Positions 1 through 10,684 of a DNA stretch of 64,000 nt are shown here, piece by piece. Location of the stretch: assembly GCA_949290395.1 (NCBI GenBank), contig CASERQ010000004.1, positions 12,457-76,456 on the forward strand. The letters run 5' to 3'. The position numbers and the translations under genes were made by a program. Position 1 is the stretch's first letter. Every line of letters starts with the position of its first letter. Origin of the DNA: an uncultured bacterium (lineage in GTDB: Bacteria > Bacillota_I > Bacilli_A > RFN20 > CAG-826). The notes beneath the pieces were generated by a model. The model was not told where the DNA came from. It searched no databases and saw nothing but the letters and a program-made list of their open reading frames with translations.

Positions 1-510
1 CTTTTAAATGATAAAGACATTACTGGTTTAAACGAAAAAGAGTTAGCAAAGTTTAGGCAAAATGATATTGGATTTGTTTTCCAATTTTATAACTTAATTT
101 CTTCTTTAACTGCATATGAAAATATATATCTCGCTTCATCTTTAGTAAAAACTCATTTTGATCCTATGCAAATTTTAGAACTTGTTGGGTTAAAAAATAG
201 AGCTAATAATTTTCCAAGTCAATTATCAGGAGGAGAACAGCAAAGAATCTCAATTGCTAGAGCTTTAGTTAAAAATCCAACTCTTTTACTTTGCGATGAA
301 CCAACAGGTGCACTTGATTCTAAAACAGGTGTTGAAATCATGGATCTCCTTTATAGAGTTTGTAAGACTCAAAACAAAACCGTAATAGTAGTTACTCATA
401 ACAAAGCATTAACTGTAATTGCTGATAGAATTCTTGAAATTCAAGATGGGCATTTAATTAACAATTATCTTATTAAAAAACCTGGAAAAGTTAGTGATAT
501 AGTTTGGTAA
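1..510 (+). CDS. ABC transporter ATP-binding protein (MacB/LolD-like), 3' part; the gene begins upstream of the window
   Basis: Frame 1 is open from nt 1 ([10 protein letters not shown]...). Q-loop, ABC signature LSGGEQQR, Walker [13 protein letters not shown] and H-loop VTHN are present; stop at 508-510. Confidence 0.85.
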   Translation, partial: LLNDKDITGLNEKELAKFRQNDIGFVFQFYNLISSLTAYENIYLASSLVKTHFDPMQILELVGLKNRANNFPSQLSGGEQQRISIARALVKNPTLLLCDEPTGALDSKTGVEIMDLLYRVCKTQNKTVIVVTHNKALTVIADRILEIQDGHLINNYLIKKPGKVSDIVW

Positions 511-511
511 T

Positions 512-3280
512 ATGCGCTTATTTAAAACTTTAGCAAAGAAATTATTCAGAGATATCTTTAAAAATTTTAAGCAATTTATCTCAATTGTTTTTATTATCGG
601 AATCTCTGTAACTTTATATGTAGGGCTTGATGCTAATGCTCAGTCTTTTGAAAATAGAGTTAATAATGTTTATCAAAAGACAAATGTGGCTGATGAATGG
701 ATTACAATAAGTCCTAATTTTGTCAATGAAGAAGAAATGGCAAGTGATCTTGCTTTTATAGAAGATTTAGCAGGAGATGATGAAGGAGGAATGGTTGAAA
801 CTAGGTTTTATCTTCCAACATCGTTAGCCTCTTTTTCTGTAAATGCTCTTGTAATGGACCATTTACCTAAAATAAATACTCCTTATGATATTGAAATGGT
901 TTATTACACCGATAAAGATTTCTTTTTTGTAGATAAAGCTTTAATTGAAAGATATGAAGAAGATACCAATACTGTTTTTAATGTTGGTGACACTTTACCT
1001 TTAAATATTGAATCTTCATTTTTAAAACAAGCAATAAATCAAATCACATCAGATCCAGAAAGTTTAACTATTATATTAGATAGCTTTATTGATGATTCAT
1101 CTCTTGATGAGACATTTAAAACACTTTTAAAAACTATATCATCTCAGTTTTCTAGTGAAATTGGTTCGATAATCAATAACATTGTTGGCGTTTTATTTTC
1201 TGAGAATCAAATTCAACTTAACTTAAAAGTTAATGGAATTATGTCTCATCCAGAAAATATTGATAATGGTGAGTTTTCAAATTCAAATTTCCTTATTTCA
1301 ACTAGGTTACTTTTAGGAAGCGTTGTTGAATATATTGGAAATAAATTTTCTTCTTCGATTTTAATAAGTGAAATCGAATCTTATATCGAAACAAGCGGAA
1401 ATACTTTAATAAATAATGTATTAACTAGAGTATTAGAGTATTTAAATGAAGGCAATAATGCATTAGCATTAGATGCTGCAATTATGGTAGTTGTTAATAC
1501 CCTTCAAAATGATATTAACGATGGAAATAATGCTGAACTTGAAGCATTTATTTCTAATCTTTATAACCAAATCGTCGTAAAACTCGCCCCAAATGTTGAT
1601 GTTGAGACTTTTGAGGTTGATGTTGAAAATCACTTTGCAAATAAAACTAATAACAACTTATTAGCGGCTTTAAAGCGTTCAAGCTATCCTTCAATGTTAC
1701 AAGTTGAAAATGATATCAATCAAGCAAAGCAACTTGCTCTTGTTTTTCCAATCATATTTTTTGTAGTCGCTTTATTGATTGTTTTAACTACAATATCTTC
1801 TTTAATCTTAAAAGACAGAGTACAAATTGGAACCTTTAAAGCGCTTGGAATTAGAAAGAGAAATATTGCTTTTTATTATCTTGCCGAGATGAATATTGTT
1901 TCTTTACTTGGCGTAATAATTGGGTTTATTGTTGGACCTTTATTATTGCCTTTCATCATGAATATAAAATATAACATTTTATATTCGTTACCACAAATGG
2001 AATATTATTTCCCATGGTTAACTGCTTTTATAGTATTTATTATTGTTGCTGTTTTGGTTAGCGGACTTACCTTAATTCTTTTATATAGTGAATTAAAAGA
2101 AATGCCAACTGAAACAATGAGAACAAAAGCTCCTAAGATTCAAAAATTTAAGGCACATAAACATATCATTAAAAACACATCATTTATGATGGCCATTCGT
2201 AATATTAAAGTTCACTTTGCTAAATCATTAATGGTTGTAATTGGTGTTATGGGTTGCACTGGATTATTAATCTGTGGAATGGGGATTGATGATACTTTAA
2301 ATTATGGTAAAAACTGTGATTTAGAAAATTTCTACGATTCAGACATTACAATAGGCTTAAATGGTTCTATGGATAGAGGTCTACTTACTGAAGAACTTTT
2401 AAGATATGAAGAAGTTGAAAAAGTAGAAGAATACAGTGTTATCGCAGGTAATATAAATGCTACAGATGCAACAATAACCACGCAAATCTACGGTGTAAAT
2501 CAAAATTCTGACTTTTTTAAATTTGATAAAGATACTATTGATGGAGTTTGGGAACCAAGCGGAATTGCTTTGACTGAATCAGTGGCTGAAGATTTAGGCG
2601 TACAAGTTGGAGATGAAGTTAATTTTGATATTAATGGAACAGTTTATACAAAAGAAGTTGTTTATATTTTCTATGCTTTCTTTGTAAATGGGGCATATCT
2701 TTATACCGACACTGAACCAGAACTTTTTAAGACTTCAACGAATTGTTGGGTTGATCTTAAAGAAGGAGTTAACGGCAATGCTTTTAAAGAAAAAGTTTTA
2801 GCAGAAAATACTCATGTTTCATCATGCGCAACAAAAGAAGATATGAGAGTAACTATTGATGGCTACATGTCTTCAATTGGAATGATGACAAATACTGTTA
2901 AAGTTTTTGCAATTTTACTCGCCATTGTTGTTTTAATTAATCTTTCCATATTAAATACCAATGAAAGAATGCGTGAACTTGCAACTTTAAAAGTTTTAGG
3001 TTTCTCTAGAACTAAAATTGTTATGTCTTTAACTATTGAAATGCTTATTTTAACTATAGTTGGTGGTTTACTCGGCTTAGCTATTGGTCTACCTTTAGAA
3101 TATTTAGTTTTAAGTGTTAATGAAACGCCTCTAGTCTCATGGTTATATCTAGTTTATCCAGAAACATATGTAATTTCTTTCTTTATAAGCGTCTTAACTG
3201 CTTCAGTTGTTAACTTATTTATGTATTTTAAAGTCGATAAGATTTCAATGAGCGAATCATTAAAGAGCGTCGACGAATAA
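512..3280 (+). CDS. FtsX/MacB-family ABC permease with very large extracytoplasmic domain (922 aa)
   Basis: N-terminal TM helix, about 380 aa hydrophilic domain, TM cluster, second large loop, C-terminal FtsX-like 3-TM bundle. Start is 1 nt after the upstream ATPase stop. Confidence 0.8.
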   Translation: MRLFKTLAKKLFRDIFKNFKQFISIVFIIGISVTLYVGLDANAQSFENRVNNVYQKTNVADEWITISPNFVNEEEMASDLAFIEDLAGDDEGGMVETRFYLPTSLASFSVNALVMDHLPKINTPYDIEMVYYTDKDFFFVDKALIERYEEDTNTVFNVGDTLPLNIESSFLKQAINQITSDPESLTIILDSFIDDSSLDETFKTLLKTISSQFSSEIGSIINNIVGVLFSENQIQLNLKVNGIMSHPENIDNGEFSNSNFLISTRLLLGSVVEYIGNKFSSSILISEIESYIETSGNTLINNVLTRVLEYLNEGNNALALDAAIMVVVNTLQNDINDGNNAELEAFISNLYNQIVVKLAPNVDVETFEVDVENHFANKTNNNLLAALKRSSYPSMLQVENDINQAKQLALVFPIIFFVVALLIVLTTISSLILKDRVQIGTFKALGIRKRNIAFYYLAEMNIVSLLGVIIGFIVGPLLLPFIMNIKYNILYSLPQMEYYFPWLTAFIVFIIVAVLVSGLTLILLYSELKEMPTETMRTKAPKIQKFKAHKHIIKNTSFMMAIRNIKVHFAKSLMVVIGVMGCTGLLICGMGIDDTLNYGKNCDLENFYDSDITIGLNGSMDRGLLTEELLRYEEVEKVEEYSVIAGNINATDATITTQIYGVNQNSDFFKFDKDTIDGVWEPSGIALTESVAEDLGVQVGDEVNFDINGTVYTKEVVYIFYAFFVNGAYLYTDTEPELFKTSTNCWVDLKEGVNGNAFKEKVLAENTHVSSCATKEDMRVTIDGYMSSIGMMTNTVKVFAILLAIVVLINLSILNTNERMRELATLKVLGFSRTKIVMSLTIEMLILTIVGGLLGLAIGLPLEYLVLSVNETPLVSWLYLVYPETYVISFFISVLTASVVNLFMYFKVDKISMSESLKSVDE

Positions 3281-3382
3281 TTTTAAATATTGGTCATAAT
3301 AAAAAATTTTTAAGAATTTTTATAATTATCTACTTTTTATATAGTAGAGGTCATATGCATCAAGCATAAGATTTTTTCTATC

Positions 3383-3720
3383 GCCAAAGGTTAAAGGCGT
3401 TAAAACTTGCTTATTAGTGAAAACCTAGTAAGTTATTGACAACAGGCGAGGCACTTAAAAAGTTAATAACCGAAAGGCTATAAACTAATAAGTTGTTAGG
3501 AGTTATGGAAAATGTCATATGTCTGATTCTGATTTTATTGATCATTCGAGAGATAAAGAAAGATGATGGCAGACATGACCATCATCACAACTAACAACCA
3601 CTTTATAAAGTGCTCTCGCCTCTTGTTTCAAGATTACGAGGTAAGGACATATTAGTAAAAGTTGAACGGAAAGGCAATAGAGGGGCAAAAAATTTCAGTC
3701 TGTCACTTGAACAATTAGAT
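3383..3720. ncRNA. GC-enriched structured element of unknown class between convergent genes; contains a candidate 29-aa hydrophobic ORF (3505..3594)
   Basis: Long-range complement caggcgaggcactt (3441-3455) / aagtgctctcgcctcttg (3609-3626). Nested complements gtcatatgtctg / cagacatgac and gatgatgg / ccatcatc. GC is well above the flanks. Confidence 0.3.
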
Positions 3721-3837
3721 ATACTGGAAATAATTTTATATTTTTATTGAAAATATACATATAAACAAATAACTTTCCAAAATTTGTGTAAAAAAAGATG
3801 CGGCAGGGCAATCTACCGCATCGTGAAGGGGTTATAT

Positions 3838-3868
3838 CCTCGGAGTACCGAGGTTTTTTTCTTTTTTG
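3838..3868 (+). terminator. Rho-independent terminator (cctcggagtaccgagg + T-run)
   Basis: Perfect 6-bp GC-rich stem with 4-nt loop followed by tttttttctttttt. It lies in a convergent intergenic region and implies a short plus-strand transcript ending here. Confidence 0.5.
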
Positions 3869-4045
3869 TGGGTATTAAAGGGGGGAGTATACCCACAACT
3901 ATATAAACAAGCGAACTATATTCTTGTTTATAAGCAAGTTAAGGCAATTACGGTGGAATTATATCTCTCAATAATTCCTAACAGATATCTTTTATACTAT
4001 TAATACAGGCTAGTTGAAAGTTTGTTGGAAAAATTTTAAATATTT

Positions 4046-4996
4046 TTAAAGATTTTTTTCTAGCGTTTCAATTTCGCCTTCTTCATTGAAAGTATAAGTA
4101 CAAACAATAGGCTTATCATCGACATTTTCTTCATTGTATGAACATTCATAATTCATAGAACCTTTATCGAAAACTTTGAAGATAAGTTTATTATTTAGTC
4201 CTTTTCGAGAAAGAATAAATTGATTATAGCCTTCTTTATTTAAAAAGTTACAATTAAAAATATTCTCTTGTTGATATTTAAATGAAAAATCAATTGATGA
4301 ATCTTTGTTTTCGGTTACGTTAATTGCGTAATCTTTATAAGGTATGGTTGTTGGATTTAATGAAATATTTAATAAACAGGAACGATCAACAACTTTTCCG
4401 CCAATATTAATTTCCATAATTGGCTCAGAAGCATTGAAAACGCTGCTCTTTGAGAAAAGATAAGCCTTAAATGAGTTAAGATCCTTCTTTTTAAATAAAA
4501 TATCGTAGTCTTTCTTTAAGAAATTATCTTTAATGGTTTCTTTAATATTGAATTTTTCATTATTTAATTCTTTTTCAGTATTTTCGAAAGAGTAATTAAT
4601 TCTATCTTTGTTAGTATAAGTGTAATTTAAAAAAGCAATGGTTGGTAAAGCGTGATCATTAATATAATTATCATCTAAGTTTATAGAATCCATAGTGTTA
4701 TTTTCGATAGCAAGTCGAGCTAAACCCAAAGATCCAACAATATGAGATGCGAAATTATAATTTTCGATGCTATCATAAACGCTTTCGATGTAAGTTAATG
4801 GTAATGCAAGTGTTAAACCTAAAACCGATGCAGCTACAGCGATATTAACCGCACCTAAAACAAATCCACCCTTATTAATGATTCTAGGTTTCTTACTGAC
4901 GAATGAAACTTCGCTCATTTTAAGGATGTCATTTGAGGTAATGTCGATTTGCTCGGTTTCAAATGCTTCTTTTATTTCATTTTCTAAGTTTTTCAT
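4046..4996 (-). CDS. Putative anti-sigma factor (single-pass membrane protein with extracytoplasmic domain)
   Basis: Overlaps the 3' end of the ECF sigma gene by 20 nt. Has a cytoplasmic N-terminal segment of about 45 aa, one TM helix (GGFVLGAVNIAVAASVLGLTLALPL) and a large C-terminal domain. No family motif recognised. Confidence 0.55.
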   Translation of the reverse strand: MKNLENEIKEAFETEQIDITSNDILKMSEVSFVSKKPRIINKGGFVLGAVNIAVAASVLGLTLALPLTYIESVYDSIENYNFASHIVGSLGLARLAIENNTMDSINLDDNYINDHALPTIAFLNYTYTNKDRINYSFENTEKELNNEKFNIKETIKDNFLKKDYDILFKKKDLNSFKAYLFSKSSVFNASEPIMEINIGGKVVDRSCLLNISLNPTTIPYKDYAINVTENKDSSIDFSFKYQQENIFNCNFLNKEGYNQFILSRKGLNNKLIFKVFDKGSMNYECSYNEENVDDKPIVCTYTFNEEGEIETLEKNL

Positions 4997-5513
4997 TTGT
5001 GAGAGCCTCTCTAACTTTTTTTAACCCCTCATTGTATTGCCATCTTACTGTGTTCTCGTTTCTTCCAAGGGTTTCAGCGATTTCCTTATATTCTAATCCG
5101 TTAATTAATCTGAGAATAATTACGTTAAAGACATCAGGAGTTAAAACCTCTTTCATAACGCGAATTATTTCACTGTGATCAACATAATCTTCTTCCTCAA
5201 TAGAAGCATTCTCTAATGGAAGTTCTGGATCTTCAACATATCTTTTATTCTTTTCGATATAGTTTAAAGAAAGATTACGTGAAGTAGTGTAAAGATAGCC
5301 AAGGATTGATCTATCTGGAGTCATGTCTCCTATATTCTTAATAAATTTAATATAAGTGTCGCTAAGAATATCTTCTGTAGCCTCCTTAGATTTTAAGTAA
5401 GAATATATGTTCGCAAAAATTTTACCTTTAGTGTCGCTATAGATTTCATTAAAGGCAGTTTTATCGCCTGCGATAAATCTTTGACATAACTTGTAAAGCT
5501 CAATATCCTTCAT
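4977..5513 (-). CDS. ECF-type RNA polymerase sigma-70 factor
   Basis: Region-2-like N-terminus and a C-terminal region-4 HTH (YKEIAETLGRNENTVRWQYNEGLKKVRE). 178 aa. Translationally coupled to the downstream membrane protein. Confidence 0.75.
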   Translation of the reverse strand: MKDIELYKLCQRFIAGDKTAFNEIYSDTKGKIFANIYSYLKSKEATEDILSDTYIKFIKNIGDMTPDRSILGYLYTTSRNLSLNYIEKNKRYVEDPELPLENASIEEEDYVDHSEIIRVMKEVLTPDVFNVIILRLINGLEYKEIAETLGRNENTVRWQYNEGLKKVREALTNEKLRK

Positions 5514-5582
5514 ATATTAATACAGATAAAAATAAAAATTGTTTGCGACGAATAAGAATAGTTTAATTTAGTATAAACTTTT

Positions 5583-5613
5583 TGTAAAACAAAAGAACGC
5601 TTTTTCGCGTTCT
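5583..5613 (-). terminator. Rho-independent terminator for typA
   Basis: On the minus strand reads gaacgc-gaaaaa-gcgttc followed by ttttgtttt. Confidence 0.6.
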
Positions 5614-5636
5614 TACCGTGTTTATTGGTGCTGGTG

Positions 5637-7451
5637 TTATTTATTTCTTGCTTCCCATTTCTTTCTTTGAGCATCGTTAAGAATTCTTTTTCTCATACGG
5701 AAGTAGTTTGGAGTAACTTCAACGAGCTCATCAGAGTTGATGTAATCTAAGCAAGCTTCAAGAGTCATCTTTCTTGGAGATTTTAAGACAACAGTTTGAT
5801 CTTTATTTGCGCTTCTTTGGTTTGTTAAGTTCTTGGTTTGACAAACATTAACACTTAAATCTGTATCGTATTTATTTTCGCCAACAATCATGCCCTCATA
5901 AATTTGTTCACCTGGATAGATAAACATAACACCTCTTTCTTCAACGTGTTGAATTGCATAAGGTGTAGATTGACCAGTTTCTGTTGCAACTAATACACCA
6001 ATTTGTCTTTCACCAATCTTACCAGTTGCGATTGGACGATATTCTCTAAAAGTATGTGCGATAATTCCATAACCTTTAGTTAAGGTTAAGAAGTTTGTAA
6101 CAAAGCCAATTAAACCTCTTGAAGGAATGATGTAATTGATTTTTGTATTTACATCCCCAGCATCCATATCGATGAGTTCAGCGTCTCTTGAACCAAGACT
6201 TGTCATAACGTCCCCAACAAAGTCGTTAGGGATTTCAACACTTAAATCTTCGTATGGTTCACATTTTTGTCCATCGATTTCTTTGATGATAACTTGAGGA
6301 CGAGAAACTTCGAGTTCGTAGCCTTCTCTTCTCATGTTTTCAATTAAGATACCAAGATGTAATTCGCCTCTTCCTGAAACAATCCAAGTTTCTGAATTAG
6401 GGACACGACTTACTTTTAATGAAACATCTTTTTGAGCTTCTTTGAAAAGACGATCTTCAATTTGTCTTGCTGTTAAAAGTTTTCCATCTTTTCCACTAAA
6501 TGGAGAAGAGTTGGTTCCAAAAGTCATTTGAAGAGTTGGTTCATCAATATGAAGTGGTGGAAGTGGATCAATAGCACCATTGTCACAAATTGTTTCGCCA
6601 ATATTAATATCTGGTAAACCAGCTACAGCAACTATTTCTCCCGCAGAAGCTTCTTCAATTTCAACTTTTTTAAGTCCATAGTAACCAATTAATTTTAAGA
6701 TTTTAAATTGCTTTGTGGAGCCATCAAGTCTTGCACAAGTTACGGTTTGACCAACTTTAATTGTACCTCTTTGAATTCTTCCAATAGCCATTCTTCCAAC
6801 ATAATCATTGTAATCAGAAAGAGCACATTGAAGTTGAAGTGGTCCTTCCTCTTGTACTTTTGGTTCAGGAATTTCTTTAACAATGAGATCGAAAATTGGA
6901 TCCATTCCTGGTTTTTGCATGCTTGGAGATGGGTCAAGTGAGCTTGTTCCATTTAATGCGCTAGTATAAGCAACCTTGAAATCTAAGAATTCATCTGGAG
7001 CACCAAGTTCGATAAATAAATTTAGAACTTCATCAACGGCTTTTTGCGGATTAGCATTTGCTCTATCAATTTTATTAATAACAACGACTGGTTTAACGTT
7101 TGCTTCAATAGCTTTTTTTAGAACGAAACGAGTTTGTGGCATTGTTCCTTCAAAAGCATCAACTAAAAGTAAACATCCATCGACCATGTGCATGATTCTT
7201 TCAACTTCGCCACCAAAATCAGCATGCCCTGGAGTATCAAGAATATTGATCTTGTAATCGTTATATTTGACAGAAGTAGTTTTAGCTAAAATTGTGATAC
7301 CTCTTTCTCTTTCAATTGCGTTTGAATCCATTGCTCTATCTTCTAACTTTTCGTTTTCTCTAAAAGTTCCGGAGCATTTTAAAAGTTGGTTAACTAATGT
7401 AGTTTTACCATGGTCAACGTGAGCGATAATTGCAACATTTCTCATTTTCAT
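5637..7451 (-). CDS. typA: GTP-binding translational GTPase TypA/BipA
   Basis: G1 [11 protein letters not shown]3 DTPGHADF, G4 NKID; EF-G-like domain architecture. Start chosen at MKMRNV (ATG 7449-7451) 7 nt downstream of an aaaggagg SD; the ORF track's earlier ATG has no SD. Confidence 0.9.
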   Translation of the reverse strand: MKMRNVAIIAHVDHGKTTLVNQLLKCSGTFRENEKLEDRAMDSNAIERERGITILAKTTSVKYNDYKINILDTPGHADFGGEVERIMHMVDGCLLLVDAFEGTMPQTRFVLKKAIEANVKPVVVINKIDRANANPQKAVDEVLNLFIELGAPDEFLDFKVAYTSALNGTSSLDPSPSMQKPGMDPIFDLIVKEIPEPKVQEEGPLQLQCALSDYNDYVGRMAIGRIQRGTIKVGQTVTCARLDGSTKQFKILKLIGYYGLKKVEIEEASAGEIVAVAGLPDINIGETICDNGAIDPLPPLHIDEPTLQMTFGTNSSPFSGKDGKLLTARQIEDRLFKEAQKDVSLKVSRVPNSETWIVSGRGELHLGILIENMRREGYELEVSRPQVIIKEIDGQKCEPYEDLSVEIPNDFVGDVMTSLGSRDAELIDMDAGDVNTKINYIIPSRGLIGFVTNFLTLTKGYGIIAHTFREYRPIATGKIGERQIGVLVATETGQSTPYAIQHVEERGVMFIYPGEQIYEGMIVGENKYDTDLSVNVCQTKNLTNQRSANKDQTVVLKSPRKMTLEACLDYINSDELVEVTPNYFRMRKRILNDAQRKKWEARNK

Positions 7452-7822
7452 AAGAGGTACCTCCTTTAAAAGCATTAATAAAAATATCACAATTGACTTT
7501 TAGTTTAAACAGCGAATATTTCATAGAAATATTCATTAAAAATCAGTCTTAAGATTAAAAATTACAATTTCAAAAAGCAATTTTGGATGTTATTTCATGA
7601 TGGATTTTCCAAAAACCCTGCAAAAGCCAACTTTTTTATAGTTTTTAAGAGTTTAAAAGTCTAATTTTATGTAGCGATTTTGAGAATTTAGAAGTCTTGT
7701 TTAGCAGATTTTAAGAAAACGCTTTCATAATTTAATGACAAATTGGCCACACGAAAATGACGATATTATAAAACTATGTTTTATACTTTAAAAAACCCAT
7801 ATACCTAGATATAATTTTAAAC

Positions 7823-10684
7823 ATGGCAATAAACGAGATTACTATTAAAGGGGCGAAGGTTAATAATCTTAAAGATATCAACTTAACAATCCCAAAAGAT
7901 AAATTGATTGTATTTACAGGAGTTAGCGGAAGTGGAAAGTCAACTCTTGCTTTTGATACTATTTTTGCTGAAGGCCAAAGAAGATATGTTGAATCTCTTT
8001 CTAGCTATGCAAGACAATTTTTAGGTAACTTTGAAAAACCTGATGTTGAATCAATTGAAGGATTATCTCCTGCAATTGCTATTGACCAAAAAAGTGTTTC
8101 TCATAACCCTAGATCAACTGTAGGAACGGTTACTGAGATTTACGATTATTTACGTTTACTTTATGCGCGAATTGGTATTCCTTATTGTCCAACGCACAAT
8201 GTTCCAATTGTAGCTTTTTCAATTCAAAAGATTACCGATATCATCATGAAAAATCCTTTAAACACAAGGATTCAAATTTTAGCTCCAATTGTTAGGAACG
8301 AAAAAGGAACTTTTAAAGACACAATTGCAAAAATTAGATCTAATGGTTTTACAAGAGTTAGAGTTGATGGAAATATGTCTTTAATTGAAGAAGTTTCTGA
8401 ATTAGAAAAGAACAAAAGACACAACATCGATATTGTTATCGATAGAATTGTTTTAAAACCAGAAAATAGAAGCCGTGTTTTTGAGGCGGTTGAACTTGCT
8501 AGTGAATGGGCAAATGGTTTTGTTCTTGTTTTAACTAATGAAGAAGAAAATTTATATAGTGAACATAACGCTTGTCCAGAATGTGGATTTACCGTTCCTA
8601 AGCTTGAACCACGTTTATTTTCATTTAATTCGCCTTTAGGATGTTGCCCTGTTTGTGGTGGACTTGGTATTTCTCAAGAAGTTGATATCAATTTATTGGT
8701 TCCTGATAAAACTAAATCAATTAATCAAGGCGCTATTGTTTATTATAAAAATATTGTTGGTTCTCAAAATTTAGATTGGCAACAATTTAAATATTTAATG
8801 GATCATTATCACATTGATTGTGATAAACCTTTTAAAGAATTAACTGAAGATGATATCGATATTATTTTAAATGGAAGTAGAGAGCCACTTCATTTTACTT
8901 TGCGTTCTTCAAGTGGAAATATCCAACATCGTGATGGCTATATTGAAGGCTTAAAAACTAGACTTGAAAGATTATATAAAGATACAACAAGTGAATTTAA
9001 TAGAGAATGGTATGGCTCTTTCTTAAAAGATAAAGAATGTACAAAATGCCATGGAGCTAGACTTAATGATCAAGTTTTAAGTGTTAAAATCGATGGATTA
9101 AATATCTATGAAGCAACTTGCTTGCCTTTAGATAAATTTTATGAATTTATTCATGGATTAAGAAGCAAGATAAGTGGACACGATTTAGCAGTTTCTCAAA
9201 TGATTATTACGGAAATTGAAAATAGAAGCAAATTCTTAATTGATGTCGGACTTGACTATCTAACACTTGCTAGAATGTCGATGACTTTAAGTGGTGGCGA
9301 ATCTCAAAGAATCAGACTTGCAACTCAAATTGGAAGTAAATTGTCTGGGGTTTTATATGTTTTAGATGAACCATCAATTGGACTTCACCAAAGAGACAGT
9401 GAAAAACTCATCGCAACTTTAAAAGAAATGAGAGATTTAGGAAACACTCTTATTGTTGTAGAACACGATGAAGAAATGATTCGCGCAGCTGATTTTATTG
9501 TTGATATCGGGCCTGGGGCAGGAGTTCATGGTGGCGAAGTTGTCGCAAGTGGCTCTTTAAAAGATATTGAAGATGCACCTAACTCAATAACTGGACAATA
9601 TTTATCTGGAAAAGAAGCAATCAGCGTTCCTTTAACTCGTAGAAAAGGAAATGGAAAATTCTTAGAAATCAAAGGGTGTACAATAAATAATCTTAAGAAT
9701 GTGAGCGCAAAATTCCCTCTTGGAAGTTTTATTTGTGTAACTGGCGTTAGTGGAAGTGGAAAATCCTCACTAGTTAACGAAACACTTTATAATTCAATTT
9801 ATGGAATTATGGAACATAAAGATGTAGATCATGGGCCATACACTGAATTATTAGGTTTAGAAAATATTGATAAAGTTATTAATATTTCTCAAGAACCAAT
9901 TGGAAGAACCCCAAGAAGTAACCCAGCAACATATGTTAAAGCATTTGATGATATAAGGGACATTTTTGCTCAAACAATTGATGCAAAAGCTCATGGATTT
10001 GATAAAGGTAGATTTTCTTTTAATGTGCCTGGCGGAAGATGTGAACATTGCCAAGGTGCAGGTGTTACAAGAATTCCAATGAATTTTTTACCAGATGTTT
10101 ATGTTAAATGTGATGAATGTGATGGTAAAAGATATAATGAAGAAACTTTACAAGTTACTTATAAAGGAAAAAACATCTATGATGTTTTAGAAATGACAAT
10201 TGAAGATGCTTATGAATTCTTTAAACCTCATGTATCTCTTGCAAGGAAACTTAAAACATTAATTGATGTTGGACTTGGTTATATTAAAGTTGGGCAACCT
10301 GCTACGACTTTATCAGGTGGTGAAGCTCAAAGAGTTAAACTTGCCTATTATTTACAAAGAAGATCAACCGGAAAAACTTTATATATATTAGATGAACCTA
10401 CAACAGGCTTACACGTTAATGATGTCAAAAAACTTTTAGAAGTCTTAGAAAGAATTGTTGATAATGGTGACACTGTCATTGTTATTGAACACAATTTAGA
10501 CGTTATAAAAGTTGCTGACTACATTATAGATTTAGGACCAGAAGGTGGTAATAAAGGGGGAACCATTATTGCAACTGGCACTCCAGAAAAAATTGCTCAA
10601 GTAGAAGAGAGCTTTACTGGGTTATACTTAAAGAGGGTCCTTTTAGAAGATCAAAAAAGAAAGGAGGCATTGAAGAATGAGTGA
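7823..10684 (+). CDS. uvrA: Excinuclease ABC subunit A
   Basis: 953 aa. Two ABC ATPase modules (GVSGSGKST twice), zinc-finger CxxC pairs, signature LSGGESQR / LSGGEAQR. Confidence 0.95.
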   Translation: MAINEITIKGAKVNNLKDINLTIPKDKLIVFTGVSGSGKSTLAFDTIFAEGQRRYVESLSSYARQFLGNFEKPDVESIEGLSPAIAIDQKSVSHNPRSTVGTVTEIYDYLRLLYARIGIPYCPTHNVPIVAFSIQKITDIIMKNPLNTRIQILAPIVRNEKGTFKDTIAKIRSNGFTRVRVDGNMSLIEEVSELEKNKRHNIDIVIDRIVLKPENRSRVFEAVELASEWANGFVLVLTNEEENLYSEHNACPECGFTVPKLEPRLFSFNSPLGCCPVCGGLGISQEVDINLLVPDKTKSINQGAIVYYKNIVGSQNLDWQQFKYLMDHYHIDCDKPFKELTEDDIDIILNGSREPLHFTLRSSSGNIQHRDGYIEGLKTRLERLYKDTTSEFNREWYGSFLKDKECTKCHGARLNDQVLSVKIDGLNIYEATCLPLDKFYEFIHGLRSKISGHDLAVSQMIITEIENRSKFLIDVGLDYLTLARMSMTLSGGESQRIRLATQIGSKLSGVLYVLDEPSIGLHQRDSEKLIATLKEMRDLGNTLIVVEHDEEMIRAADFIVDIGPGAGVHGGEVVASGSLKDIEDAPNSITGQYLSGKEAISVPLTRRKGNGKFLEIKGCTINNLKNVSAKFPLGSFICVTGVSGSGKSSLVNETLYNSIYGIMEHKDVDHGPYTELLGLENIDKVINISQEPIGRTPRSNPATYVKAFDDIRDIFAQTIDAKAHGFDKGRFSFNVPGGRCEHCQGAGVTRIPMNFLPDVYVKCDECDGKRYNEETLQVTYKGKNIYDVLEMTIEDAYEFFKPHVSLARKLKTLIDVGLGYIKVGQPATTLSGGEAQRVKLAYYLQRRSTGKTLYILDEPTTGLHVNDVKKLLEVLERIVDNGDTVIVIEHNLDVIKVADYIIDLGPEGGNKGGTIIATGTPEKIAQVEESFTGLYLKRVLLEDQKRKEALKNE

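Noticed and set aside
3383-3900. RNase P RNA or tmRNA in the convergent intergenic region
   Set aside because: No P4 motif (GGAAAGTCC / ACAGAA) and no tRNA-like 3' end (GGTTCGAnTCC...CCA) or tag-peptide reading frame found on either strand.
4963-5178. 71-aa + strand ORF overlapping the sigma-factor gene
   Set aside because: Antisense to a motif-supported CDS. Composition typical of an AT-rich antisense artefact.
6708-7257. Small ORFs 6708..6941(+), 6740..6952(-) and 6976..7257(+) inside typA
   Set aside because: They lie fully within or antisense to the well-supported TypA CDS. Low-complexity translations with no SDs make them spurious.
9857-10054. Antisense ORFs inside uvrA, lgt, ABC and other long genes (9857..10054, 11999..12184, 13536..13772, 18058..18285, 24768..25070, 27992..28255, 29465..29731, 31903..32121, 32591..32812, 33984..34320, 35558..35878, 36372..36605, 37217..37578, 41235..41474, 42407..42613, 43870..44115, 44423..44677, 44832..45044, 48460..48651, 56139..56327, 56437..56631, 58423..58659, 59018..59218, 59895..60095)
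   Set aside because: All are embedded in or antisense to larger ORFs with clear family motifs or better coding signal. No SDs. Typical spurious ORFs of AT-rich DNA.
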